DNA of 64,000 bases from an uncultured Planctomycetales bacterium. GTDB lineage: Bacteria; Planctomycetota; Planctomycetia; Isosphaerales; Isosphaeraceae. The notes under the pieces were generated by a model. That model was given only the letters and a program-made list of their open reading frames with translations, ran no database searches and was not told the origin of the DNA. Below, in pieces: positions 54,704 through 64,000 of this stretch. The stretch covers positions 482,997-546,996 of the forward strand of contig CAVVZJ010000014.1 in NCBI GenBank assembly GCA_963752755.1. The letters are read 5' to 3'. Made by a program: the position numbers and the translations under genes. Within the stretch, counting starts at the first letter, position 1, and each line of letters opens with the position of its first letter.

Positions 54704-57700
54704 ATGCGGAAAGGCACGGCCCCGAGGCCGTTCGCAAGGTCGGGACCGGCGCATCAACGGACCACGCGCTCGGGCCGCAGCCCGGCGGTCGAGGCCTTGG
54801 AAGAGCGCCGGCTACTCGCCATCTTTACCGTCACCAACACCGGCGACACCGGCTCCGGCTCGCTTCGCCAGGCGATCCTCGATGCCAACTCCCTGGCGGG
54901 TCCCGATACGATCGCCTTCAACATCGGCGCTGTCGGCAGCGTTCAGACGATCCAGCCCGGCACGGTCTCCGGCATTCTCGGACTGCCGGTGATCACGGAT
55001 ACGGTCACCATCGACGGATGGAGCCAGGGTGGTGCTGGCTACAGTGGCAAACCCCTCATCGAAATTGACGGCACCAACGCGCCCGGCTCCTTTGGCCTGA
55101 ACATCCAGACAAGCGACTCGGTCGTCCGCGGCCTCGCCATCAACCGCTTCGCGTTGAACGCCGGCAACGGCTTCGGCATCGGGATCTTCGGCTCCAGCGC
55201 CACCAACAACTGGATCTACGGCAACTTCCTCGGCACCGACTCGACCGGCCAGACCGACCTTGGCAACGGCCAGGGCGGCATCTGGATCGGTGCCCCCGCC
55301 ACCGGCAACCTCATCGGCACCAATGCCGACGGCACCAACGACGTGGCCGAGCGCAACGTCATCGCAGGCAATGATTTTGGCCACGGCATCCTGCTCCAGG
55401 GTAGCAGCAACACCGTCGCCGGCAACTTCATCGGCCTGGGCGCCGATGGCACCACCGCCCTCGGCAACGCCGCCTCGGGGATCAATCTCCAGGGCAGCTC
55501 GTCCAACACCATCGGCGGCACGGCGGCCGGTGCCGGCAACGTGATCTCGGCCAACGGCCAGTCCGGAATCAACGTCGATTCCTCCTCCACGTCCAACTTC
55601 ATCCTTGGCAACTTCCTCGGCACTGACGCCACCGGCAAGCTCGCGCGCGGCAACGCCACCAATGGCGTCCAGCTCGATGGAATCGACAACACCGTCGGCG
55701 ACAGCACGGCCGGCGCCCGCAACGTGATCTCCGCCAACAATCACGGCATCCTGATCAACGGGCACTCCAACCAGATCATTGGAAACCTCATTGGTACCGA
55801 CGTCACCGGCAAGGCCGACCTCGGCAACACCGGCATGGGAATCTTTGTCCTCGGCCAGGGCGACAACACGATCGGCGGTACAACGACCGGTTCCGGCAAC
55901 GTGATCTCGGGTAACGATCAGCGCGGGATCGAGCTGAGTGGAGTCGCGAATTCTTCCGGTTTCGACGACAACTTCCTTCTCGGCAACCTGATCGGCACCG
56001 ACATTACCGGCACCTTATCCATCCCGAATCAGGCCGGTGGTCTTCTCATCAACAGCTCCTCGTACAACCTGATCGGAGACATCGGCACCGGGAATGTCAT
56101 CTCGGGCAATACCGGCCCGGGCATCGAGCTGACGGGGACAACCAGTTCCCCCTCCCTTTACAATTCGATCAGTAACAATTCCATCGGTACCGACATCAAT
56201 GGCACGCAGCCGCTTCCCAACGACGACGGCATCCTCATCTCCGGCGCAGGCCTCCGGCACCCTCATCGGCGATGATGGCAGCGGGGAGATCACCGACCCG
56301 ACCCAGGTCGGCAATGTCATCGCGTTCAACCGTCTGACGGGTGTCAACCTCCCAGCTGGCGACTCGACCGTCATCCTCGCCAATTCGATCCACGACAACG
56401 GTGGCCTTGGCATCGACCTCGGCGGCGACGGCGTCACCCCTAACGATCCCGGCGATGCCGACACCGGACCCAACAACTTCCAGAATGACCCCGTCATCAC
56501 CGCCTCGACCTTCGAGTCCGGCTCGACCCTCGCCGACGGCGTCCTCTCCAGCACCCCGAACACCTCGTATCTCCTGGAATTCCTCCTCAACACGACCGCC
56601 GACCCTTCCGGCTTCGGCGAGGGTGCATCCTATCTCGGCCGGCTCCAGGTGACGACCGACGCCTCGGGTAAGGCCCCCTTCTCCGTCAACTTCCCGACGT
56701 CGAACACCCTCGGCCAGTTCCTCACCGTCACCGCCACGGACCTCGACATCGAAGGCGGTGCGCTCAACACCTCGGAGTTCTCCCGCGCCGTCCTGATCCA
56801 GCCGGGAACCCGGGTCACGAACATCAACGACTCCGGCCTCGGCTCGCTTCGCCACGCGATCGACGTCTCCAACACCAACCCCGGCCCCGACACCATCGAC
56901 TTCGCCATTCCCGGCTCCGGTATCCAGACGATCCAGCCCCTCTCGGCGCTGCCCGCCATCCAGGACACGACCTTTCTCGACGCCTGGAGTCAGGGTGGCC
57001 CCGGTTACAATGGAACGCCCCTCGTCGAGATCAACGGCTCCTCCGTGACGAGCGGCGATGGTCTGGTCATTCAGGCGACAAACACCGTTGTTCGCGGCCT
57101 GGCGATCGACCGCTTCCCGGGCTACGGACTGGTGCTTAACGCCGATGGCGCCTGGATCTATGGCAACTTCCTCGGCACCGACCCGACCGGTCAGCTCAGT
57201 CGGCCCAATGGGACCGGCGGGATCGAAATCACAACCATCTCCGGGCCCGCTACGAATAACCTCATCGGCACGAACGCCGACGGCACCAACGACGCCGTGG
57301 AGCGTAACGTCATCTCCGGCAACAGCAGCAGTGGCATCCTGATCCTCACCTCGGGCAACTCGATCGCCGGCAACCTCATCGGCCTGGCCGCCGATGGCAC
57401 CACTCCCCTCAGCAACGCCGGCGACGGAATCACCGTCTTCGGCGGCTCGGGCAACACGATCGGCAGCACCGTCGCCGGCGCCGGCAACGTCATCGCCAAC
57501 AACGGCGGCTCGGGTGTGGATGTCCTCGCCGGCCTCGCCGACACAATCCTCGGCAACGCCATCTTCGCCAACGGCCGCCTCGGAATCGACCTCAACGGCG
57601 ACGGCATCACACCCAACGACCCCGGCGACACCGACACCGGCCCCAACAACCTCCAGAACTTCCCCGTCCTCCTCTATGCGAATCCCTCCCCAGCCAGCCT

Positions 57701-60700
57701 CTCGGTCCGCGTGACCCTCGACAGCCTCCCCAGCACCGACTACCGGATCGAATTCTTCGCGAACTCGTCCGCCGATCCCACCGGCTTCGGCGAGGGAGAG
57801 ACTCCGATCGGGACGGCCGTCGTCACCACCGACGGCTCGGGCCACGTCTCCTACGACGCCACCCTGCCCGGCCAGTATGCGCTCGGCGTCCCGATCACCG
57901 CCACCGCGACCGTCCTCAATGGCCCCAACGCGGGCGATACCTCGGAGTTCTCCCAGGCCCTCAAGACCGCCGCCCCTTCCTCCGACCTGTCCCTCAGCGA
58001 GACGTCCCAGACCTCAACTCTTACCGAGGGCCAGCCCGCCGACTTCCAGCTCACCCTTGCCAACGCCGGCCCCAACGACGCCACCGGGGTGGTCGTGACT
58101 GAGAACCTTTCCCCCGGACTTGCCTTCCTCTCGGCCGACATCACCCCGGCCGCCGTCACCACGCAAGCCGACGGCTCAACCGTCGTGACCTTCAACCTCG
58201 GCAACCTCGCCGCCGGCGCGACGGTCAACTTCGTGGTCCACACCAGCACCCGCTCCGAGGGATCGCTGCTCTCCGATGTCTCCGTCTCCGGCAACCCCAC
58301 CGACCCGAACCTCGGCGACAACGCCGCCTCCGCCTTCGTGAATGCCCTCGACGCCCCGAAGAATGCCAGCGGCGTCGCCGTCTCCGCAACCGAAGGGCTC
58401 GCGACCGGCCTGGTCCTCGTCGCCACCTTCAACGACAGCAACCCCTTCACCACACCCGCCGACTTCTCCGCCACCATCGACTGGGGCGATGGCAGCCAGC
58501 CGACAACCGCCGTCATCGCCCAGCCCGGCGGCGCCGGCACGACCTTGCAGGTCCTCGGCAATCACACCTACCAGCGATTCGGCACCGACATCATCAACGT
58601 CACCATCCTCGACTCCGGCGGCGCCAACCTGACTCCCTCCAGCCAGGCCACCGTCAATGACGCCGGTCTCTCCGCCACCGGTGTGGCGGTCTCGGCGGTC
58701 GAGGGCGTGCCGCTGTCGAGCGTCCTCGTCGCCACCATCAACGACGCCAACCCCTTCGGCCTGACCCGTGACCTCGCAGCGTCGATCGTCTGGGGCGACG
58801 GCTCGACCCCCACGACGGGACGGATCACTCAACCCGGTGGGCCGGGCACGCCGTTCATCGTCCGCGCCGACCATACGTATCCGCAGTTCGGTAGTTATCC
58901 CGTCACCGTCGCGATCACCTCGACGGGTGGGCAAACCGCCTCGGGCTCGGCCCACGCGATGATCGCGGACGCCCCCTTGCAGGCGATCGGCACCACGATC
59001 CACGCCGTCGAAGAGACCGCGTTCAATGATGTTGTCGTCGGCACCATTGTGGATGCCAACCCCTTCTCGCTCGCTGGCGACCTCAACGCCATGATCACCT
59101 GGGGCGATGGCACGTCCCCGACCCCCGCGACGCTCCAGCCGGCCGGTTCTTCCCGGTATCTTGTCATCGGCTCGCACACCTACGAGAACAGCACGCCCCA
59201 CGGACCCGAGACAATCACCTTCCACGTCACCAGTCGCGGCGGCTCGTCGGCCACGGCGTCCACGTCGGTCCAGGTCTCCGACGCCTCGCTGGTCCTTCAG
59301 ACACTCCCGATCCAGGGAACCGCGCTGGCCCGGATCGAGAGCGTCACGGTCGCCACCTTCACCGACCTCGGCGGCCCCAACCCGGCGGATCAGTACCTGG
59401 CCAACATCGACTGGGGCGACGGCCAGGGTTCACCCGCCGCGATTGTCGCCGATGGCGAGTCCTTCCGCGTCGTCTCCAGCCACACCTACGCGTCCGCCGG
59501 GACGTATCCCATCGACGTCTTCGTCGAGGCCGTCGAGCCCAGCGGCAGCATGGTCACCGGTACGACGCAGGCTCGCATCGCCGCGCCTCCACTCGTGCGA
59601 CCCAACGGCCCGTTGAACTACGTCATCGGCCCGATTGTTCCCGGCGGCGACGGCGTGACCCCGGCCCGGCTCATGGTCCAGCTCAACGGCATGGCACCGA
59701 CCACCATCGACCTGATCGGCGGCAACGCGATCGTCCTCAACGGCGGCTCGACCAACGACACCTTCACCTTCCACCTCGGCAACCTCACCAACCCCTCCCC
59801 GATCCCCAACGGTCCCGTCCGCCTGATCCTCCAGGGCGGGGGCGGCACGGACCTTTTCATTTTTCCGGCCTCGACGGATCTGCCCAACGTGCCGAACCTC
59901 ATGGTCACCACCGAGGGCGACACGATCTTCAACCCAACCGGCGGCAACCAGTCCGACCGCCTTGTCCTCCCGGCCAACCTCGGCGCCACCGACGTTTATG
60001 CCTACGACGAGCCGCCCGTCTTCCCCTACATCGCGGGCGGCTACCGTCTCGAGTTTCACACAACCAGCAACATCTCCAGCTTCACATTCCGCGACATGCC
60101 GGGCCTCCCCGTGATCACGACCGCCGGCTCGGTCAACCTCGTCGGCGACTTCGGGATCGGCACCGCCTTCGGCGCTGGCGTGGACCTGAGCCAGCCGACC
60201 GCCAGCCGCAGCGCCCCGGGAATCCCGCTGAACGACCACATCACCGTCACCGGCCTCATGCCGATGACCTTCTCAGCCACGATCAACGCGCCCTTGATCC
60301 CGGGTACGCTCCTGTTCATGGCCCCCCGCGTCGTCATGGATGGCCGCTCCTTCAACGACGCCTATGACCTCGATCCGCTGCCCGACGCCGTCTGGAACGT
60401 CCGCGTCGAAGTCCCCGAGAGACGCAGCGACGATACCACCCAGTCCGGCCTGTCGACTGGCTTTGGCGACCAACTCCTCCTGCACGATCGCAACACTGCA
60501 GCCAGCAGCATCGGCGTCGCTGTCGGCTCTGCTTCTTCCACCGGCAACAACTTCGCCTTCGGTGACGGCCTCGATGCGATTCTCCTCGTCCCCGCGACGC
60601 GACCCGATTCTCAGCCCGACGAACTGGACTACACCAACCTGACCCCCGGCGACCGGATCGACGTCAACGTCGGTGCCACCGGCCAGGTGGGCGGCTCCGT

Positions 60701-61145
60701 CTCCGACCCGCTCTTCGTTTCGCGAGGCTCTTCCTCCACCGCTCAGCGCCCGCTGGCTGTCAGCGGAGCGGTGCTGTCCGACAATGATGCGGTGACGCTC
60801 CAGGGTGGTTCCCACGTCGTGAACCTCCGCGTTCAGAACCAGCCTCCTCGACCCGGCCGCCGGATCTCCCTCACCGGCGACGGTACCGACCAGTTGAACC
60901 TCGTCGATCTCTCCGGCGGCGCCACCATGCGGCTGGTCCACCTGCCGTTCAATTCCGGCTTCATCCTGGTCCAGTATCCCGGCCGTCGCGGGACGACCTA
61001 CCAGATCACCTACACCAACATGATCGTCAACCCCACAATCCTCGACGCCAATGGCAACCCGACCGACCGCTCTCTCGGTAACCGCGTCGCCTTCCCCGGC
61101 GGCCCCTTGCGATTGCGGTCGTCATTTTCCACGCGCCGTCGCTGA
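54704..61145 (+). CDS. Giant secreted repeat protein (~2146 aa): R-rich leader ending …AVEALEERRLLA, two tandem parallel-beta-helix (PbH1) modules, a DUF11-like domain, five PKD domains, and a ~500 aa C-terminal region of unknown type. One frameshift near ~56250.
   Basis: ORFs 54704..56275 and 56199..61145 join. Module 1 (…TIAFNIGAVGSVQTIQP…DGWSQGGAGYSGKPLIEIDG…NNWIYGNFLGTDSTGQ…) is repeated as module 2 (…TIDFAIPGSGIQTIQP…DAWSQGGPGYNGTPLVEING…AWIYGNFLGTDPTGQ…). Five ~95-aa units carry the PKD signature (…NPF…IDWGDGS.PT…HTY…). Confidence 0.75.
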
Positions 61146-61208
61146 ACCACCACGGCAAGCTCCCGGAAGTTGTCCCGGCGCTCGCCAGACGACTCCCGAT
61201 GCAAGCAA
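61146..61208. terminator. AT-rich convergent intergenic spacer between the giant protein gene and the BBP7-like gene (probable bidirectional termination zone).
   Basis: …agaaaaaaatgctcatattcagtaaaaattcattattgaattgcttctgtt… is ~30% GC within a ~70% GC context, between convergent stop codons. Confidence 0.35.
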
Positions 61209-62660
61209 TCAGAAAAAAATGCTCATATTCAGTAAAAATTCATTATTGAATTGCTTCTGTTCGGTCAACGGCACCGCGTAGCCGAGACCAATCTGGGCGC
61301 GTCGGAAGACGTTCAGTCGCAGACCGGCGGAGAAGTTCACGGTGTTCTGCTGGAAGCCGCCGACCAGGTGAGAGCCGTGGAACTCGATCACGGGATAGAT
61401 GTCGTTGAGGATCTCGCTCTCGCGGTTCGAGTAGATCCGGTATCCGGCGAACGTGACCCAGCGGAAGAGGGTGACGCCGCTGAGGTTGTTGGCCACCGGC
61501 ACGTCGTACTCGACTCCGCTCTGGAGCACCCATCGGTCGGTCGGCGTGGCGAAGAAGAGCAGGCTCGGCTGGAAGACGAAGGCCGAGTTGCCGAACTGGT
61601 TATACGCGCTGTTGGCCCCGATCGGGATCACCATGCCCATGCTGAACGTCGAGAGGAACTTCTCACGCTGGGTCAGGAGGAACTTGGGACTGATCTGGAG
61701 GTCACTCCAGCCCGAGCGTAGGCCGCCGATCGAGTGCAGGTCGATCCCCTGCTGGAACGTGACGTCGGGCCGGTCGATCGTGACGACCGCCTGACGGACG
61801 AGCACGGAGAGACGTTTGGCCAGGATCGTCTCGAATCCGAAGACGTAACGGCTGTCGTTGGTCTGCACGCGTGTGGACGAGAGCTGGCTCGGAAAGATCT
61901 GCGCGGCGAAGTTGGTCGGGTCCAGCGGCAGACCGGGATAGACCCGCCGAGCGCCGAAGAAGTGGTAAAATTCCAGGGGAATGATGCGGTTCTGCAAGAC
62001 CGCCGAGTTGTTGTCCGTGATGTTCAGCGCGAAGTTGCGGACGATCGAGACGGGCGAGTTGCGTCCGACCAGGGGCTGGATGCTGATCGTTCCCTGATCG
62101 CCGATCATATTCAAGGCACTACCGCCACTGATCAGAGTTCCCCCCAGCAGCGAGCCTGCCGCAGGTGCGGCCGGCGCAGGCGTGGTTGGTGATGTCAATG
62201 GCGGCGTGAGCGAGGCCGCCGGAGGCAGTGCGGGCGCCGTTGCCGGTGCGGCTGCGGGCGGGACCGGCGGAGGCGCGGCGTCCGGCACCACCGCGGTTTC
62301 CGGTTCCGGAGCGGTCAGTCCCCGGGGTACGGGGGCGGGGGCCTGCGGGGGGCGCGGCGTCGGTGTTTCCGCGAAGGGTTCTGGACCCGCCGGCAAGGCC
62401 GGGTCCGGTCGACTCCCCACCGTTGCCGGTTCCTGGGTGGCGTTCACCAGCCGGAGCGATGGGTAGCGGACCGATCTGGGATACGACGAACGCATCCGTG
62501 AACGCCGCGGCGGAGTGGATTCCCGGACTGGTCCCGGCGACCCGATTTCCGCAGGGGCGTTCACCACGGCCAAAGGCTCCTGCGCCCGCGTCGTGACAGA
62601 GCCGCTGAGGGTCAAGAATCCCGACAGCAGGCCGGCGATCCGCAAGACCTTTCGCTTCAT
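61209..62660 (-). CDS. Outer-membrane beta-barrel protein, BBP7-like (planctomycete porin-type), with a long Pro/Ala-rich N-terminal linker.
   Basis: Signal MKRKVLRIAGLLSGFLTLSGSVTTRAQ. ~150 aa P/A/T-rich low-complexity region. ~300 aa of alternating amphipathic strands ending with the C-terminal aromatic …NMSIFF. Confidence 0.55.
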   Translation of the reverse strand: MKRKVLRIAGLLSGFLTLSGSVTTRAQEPLAVVNAPAEIGSPGPVRESTPPRRSRMRSSYPRSVRYPSLRLVNATQEPATVGSRPDPALPAGPEPFAETPTPRPPQAPAPVPRGLTAPEPETAVVPDAAPPPVPPAAAPATAPALPPAASLTPPLTSPTTPAPAAPAAGSLLGGTLISGGSALNMIGDQGTISIQPLVGRNSPVSIVRNFALNITDNNSAVLQNRIIPLEFYHFFGARRVYPGLPLDPTNFAAQIFPSQLSSTRVQTNDSRYVFGFETILAKRLSVLVRQAVVTIDRPDVTFQQGIDLHSIGGLRSGWSDLQISPKFLLTQREKFLSTFSMGMVIPIGANSAYNQFGNSAFVFQPSLLFFATPTDRWVLQSGVEYDVPVANNLSGVTLFRWVTFAGYRIYSNRESEILNDIYPVIEFHGSHLVGGFQQNTVNFSAGLRLNVFRRAQIGLGYAVPLTEQKQFNNEFLLNMSIFF

Positions 62661-62819
62661 CCTGTTCAGCTCCCGGGCCGTCCGCCCGCCACGCCATCAG
62701 GCCGGACGGTTCGACGAGCAGGGACGTGCCCGCCCCGCGGCGGGAAGATCGTCCGTTTCCCGGGTTCTTATCGGGTTTTTCGAATCCCCGCTTGACAGAG
62801 GTCGAGCCGATTCTCGCGA

Positions 62820-63737
62820 TCAATCCCGGTTCGACCGCAGCGTCCCCACGACCTCGCGGACCGAATCGGCGCCGATCTCGCGGAGGCGAGCCGGCAGGTG
62901 ATCGAGCAGCCGGCCGGCGGCGGTCGGGTCGGCAAAGGTCGCCGTGCCGACCTGCACCGCCGAGGCTCCCGCGACGAGGAACTCCATCGCGTCCTCGGCC
63001 GTCCAGATCCCACCGATCCCGATGATCGGCAAGCCCGGAACGCCCCGCGCGACTTCCCAGACCATCCGCAACGCCACCGGCTTGATCGCCGGTCCGCTCA
63101 GGCCGCCGATGTCGTTGGCCAGGATCGGCCGCCGCCGTCGCCAATCGACGGCCATCCCCTTGATCGTGTTGATCAGGCTGACCGCGTCCGCTCCGCCTTC
63201 CGCCGCGGCGCCGGCGATCGGAACGACGTCGGTGACGTTCGGCGTCAGCTTGGCGATGATCGGATACGGGCAATGCTGCCGGACCCGCTCGACCAGCCGA
63301 CGGACCGTTCCGGCGTCGATGCCCAGGTCGAGGCCGTGGCTGACGTTCGGGCAGGAGATGTTCAGCTCGACTCCCGCCAGGCCCGGCTCGCGACCCAGCC
63401 GCTCGGCCATCGCGACGAACTGCTCCTCGTCCTCCCCCGCGATGTTCGCCACGACCGCCGTACCCACCGTCCGCAAGTACGGCAGATGATGCGCGACAAA
63501 ATGGTCGATCCCGTCATTATCCAGACCGATGGCGTTGAGCAAGCCCGACGGCGTCTCGACCGTCCTGGGTGTCGGATTGCCGGCTCGCGGTCGCGCGGTC
63601 ACGGTCTTCGGGATCACGCCGCCGAGCCGCTCCAGGGGCAAGAACCCCGCCATCTCGCGGACGTAGCCGAACGTCCCCGAGGCCACCATCACCGGGTTCT
63701 TCAACGCCAATCGGCCGAGCTTCACGGACAGGTCCAC
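62820..63737 (-). CDS. pyrD: Dihydroorotate dehydrogenase, class 1 catalytic subunit. GTG start.
   Basis: …LKNPVMVASGTFGY… …GLLNAIGLDNDG… …VELNISCPNV… …IIAKLTPNVTD… …LINTIKGM… …IIGIGGIWTAEDAMEFLVAGASAVQVGTA… are all canonical PyrD class 1 blocks. Confidence 0.8.
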   Translation of the reverse strand: MDLSVKLGRLALKNPVMVASGTFGYVREMAGFLPLERLGGVIPKTVTARPRAGNPTPRTVETPSGLLNAIGLDNDGIDHFVAHHLPYLRTVGTAVVANIAGEDEEQFVAMAERLGREPGLAGVELNISCPNVSHGLDLGIDAGTVRRLVERVRQHCPYPIIAKLTPNVTDVVPIAGAAAEGGADAVSLINTIKGMAVDWRRRRPILANDIGGLSGPAIKPVALRMVWEVARGVPGLPIIGIGGIWTAEDAMEFLVAGASAVQVGTATFADPTAAGRLLDHLPARLREIGADSVREVVGTLRSNRD

Positions 63738-64000
63738 GGCGGCTTCCCCCTCGTTTCCTTCGCATCGCAACCCAGCGTAAGGCCGGTTGGGGATCGGCGT
63801 CCAGAGCGGTCCCGGTGTCCCACCCGCCCCTTGCCGACCGGACCAGGACCGCGCAGCATAGGCGCATCGGCTTCGAACAAACAGATCGGGGGTTTTCGAT
63901 GGATGGGCCGGCGCAGGGCCAGACTCGCTGGCAACTCTCACTCCGCGAGGGCATGGTTTTGCTCGTGGCCCTCGCCGGCGCCCTGGCCCTCTGGCGCAAC

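Noticed and set aside
58330-59600. ~300-bp periodic tandem repeats (5 copies) that could be mistaken for a repeat array
   Set aside because: They are in-frame PKD-domain coding repeats inside the giant CDS (WGDGS…HTY signature each), not CRISPR or satellite DNA. There are no short direct repeats with unique spacers anywhere in the window.
62700-62760. TTGACA hexamer at ~62789 as promoter of the BBP7-like gene
   Set aside because: The hexamer is on the plus strand while both flanking genes are on the minus strand. There is no suitably spaced -10 on the relevant strand.
63900-64000. Start of a plus-strand ORF at the window edge (MGRRRARLAGNSHSARAW…)
   Set aside because: Only ~30 codons are visible and there is no recognisable motif. 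It could equally be antisense noise to the pyrD upstream region.

Overview
This is a ~70% GC bacterial chromosomal segment whose gene content points to a Planctomycete: two PSCyt/DUF1549/DUF1553 'PSD' genes paired with DUF1501 genes, a membrane-bound-dehydrogenase/HEAT/CxxCH protein, a BBP7-like beta-barrel gene, and a giant beta-helix/PKD secreted protein with an 'EERRLLA' leader. It is mostly housekeeping and central metabolism: trpE, maf, a Zn-ADH, phosphoketolase, a hoxU-hoxY-hoxH-hoxW NiFe-hydrogenase operon, ppsA, cobL, hisC/hisD, ltaE, nfi, pyrD, a GH57 glucanotransferase, and an acyl-CoA dehydrogenase/phosphotransferase/SDR trio. A tandem array of three tRNA-like genes lies at 30.7-31.0 kb. 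No CRISPR array, IS/transposase, integrase or recognisable defence system is present. Many CDSs are split across reading frames (four or more breaks in the dehydrogenase/cytochrome gene, five or more in the metalloprotease, three in hisD). One break, at ~8395, can be traced to a single missing base that restores an intact CxxCH haem motif, so many of the breaks look like assembly indel errors, but genuine pseudogenes cannot be excluded. The observations most worth follow-up are: (i) a PSD-DUF1883-2TM-DUF1501 four-gene operon, a variant of the common PSD/DUF1501 pair with two small genes inserted; (ii) a hoxUYHW hydrogenase locus with no hoxEF diaphorase genes, sitting between phosphoketolase and ppsA; (iii) a terminator-like hairpin with a U7 run inside the ppsA 5' leader; (iv) a 6.4 kb secreted repeat protein with an internal module duplication and five PKD repeats, convergent with a BBP7-like outer-membrane protein; and (v) a ~155 bp nested inverted-repeat element at 45.08-45.24 kb. 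All functional calls are from reading the translated ORFs (no searches were run); start coordinates and frameshift positions are approximate.
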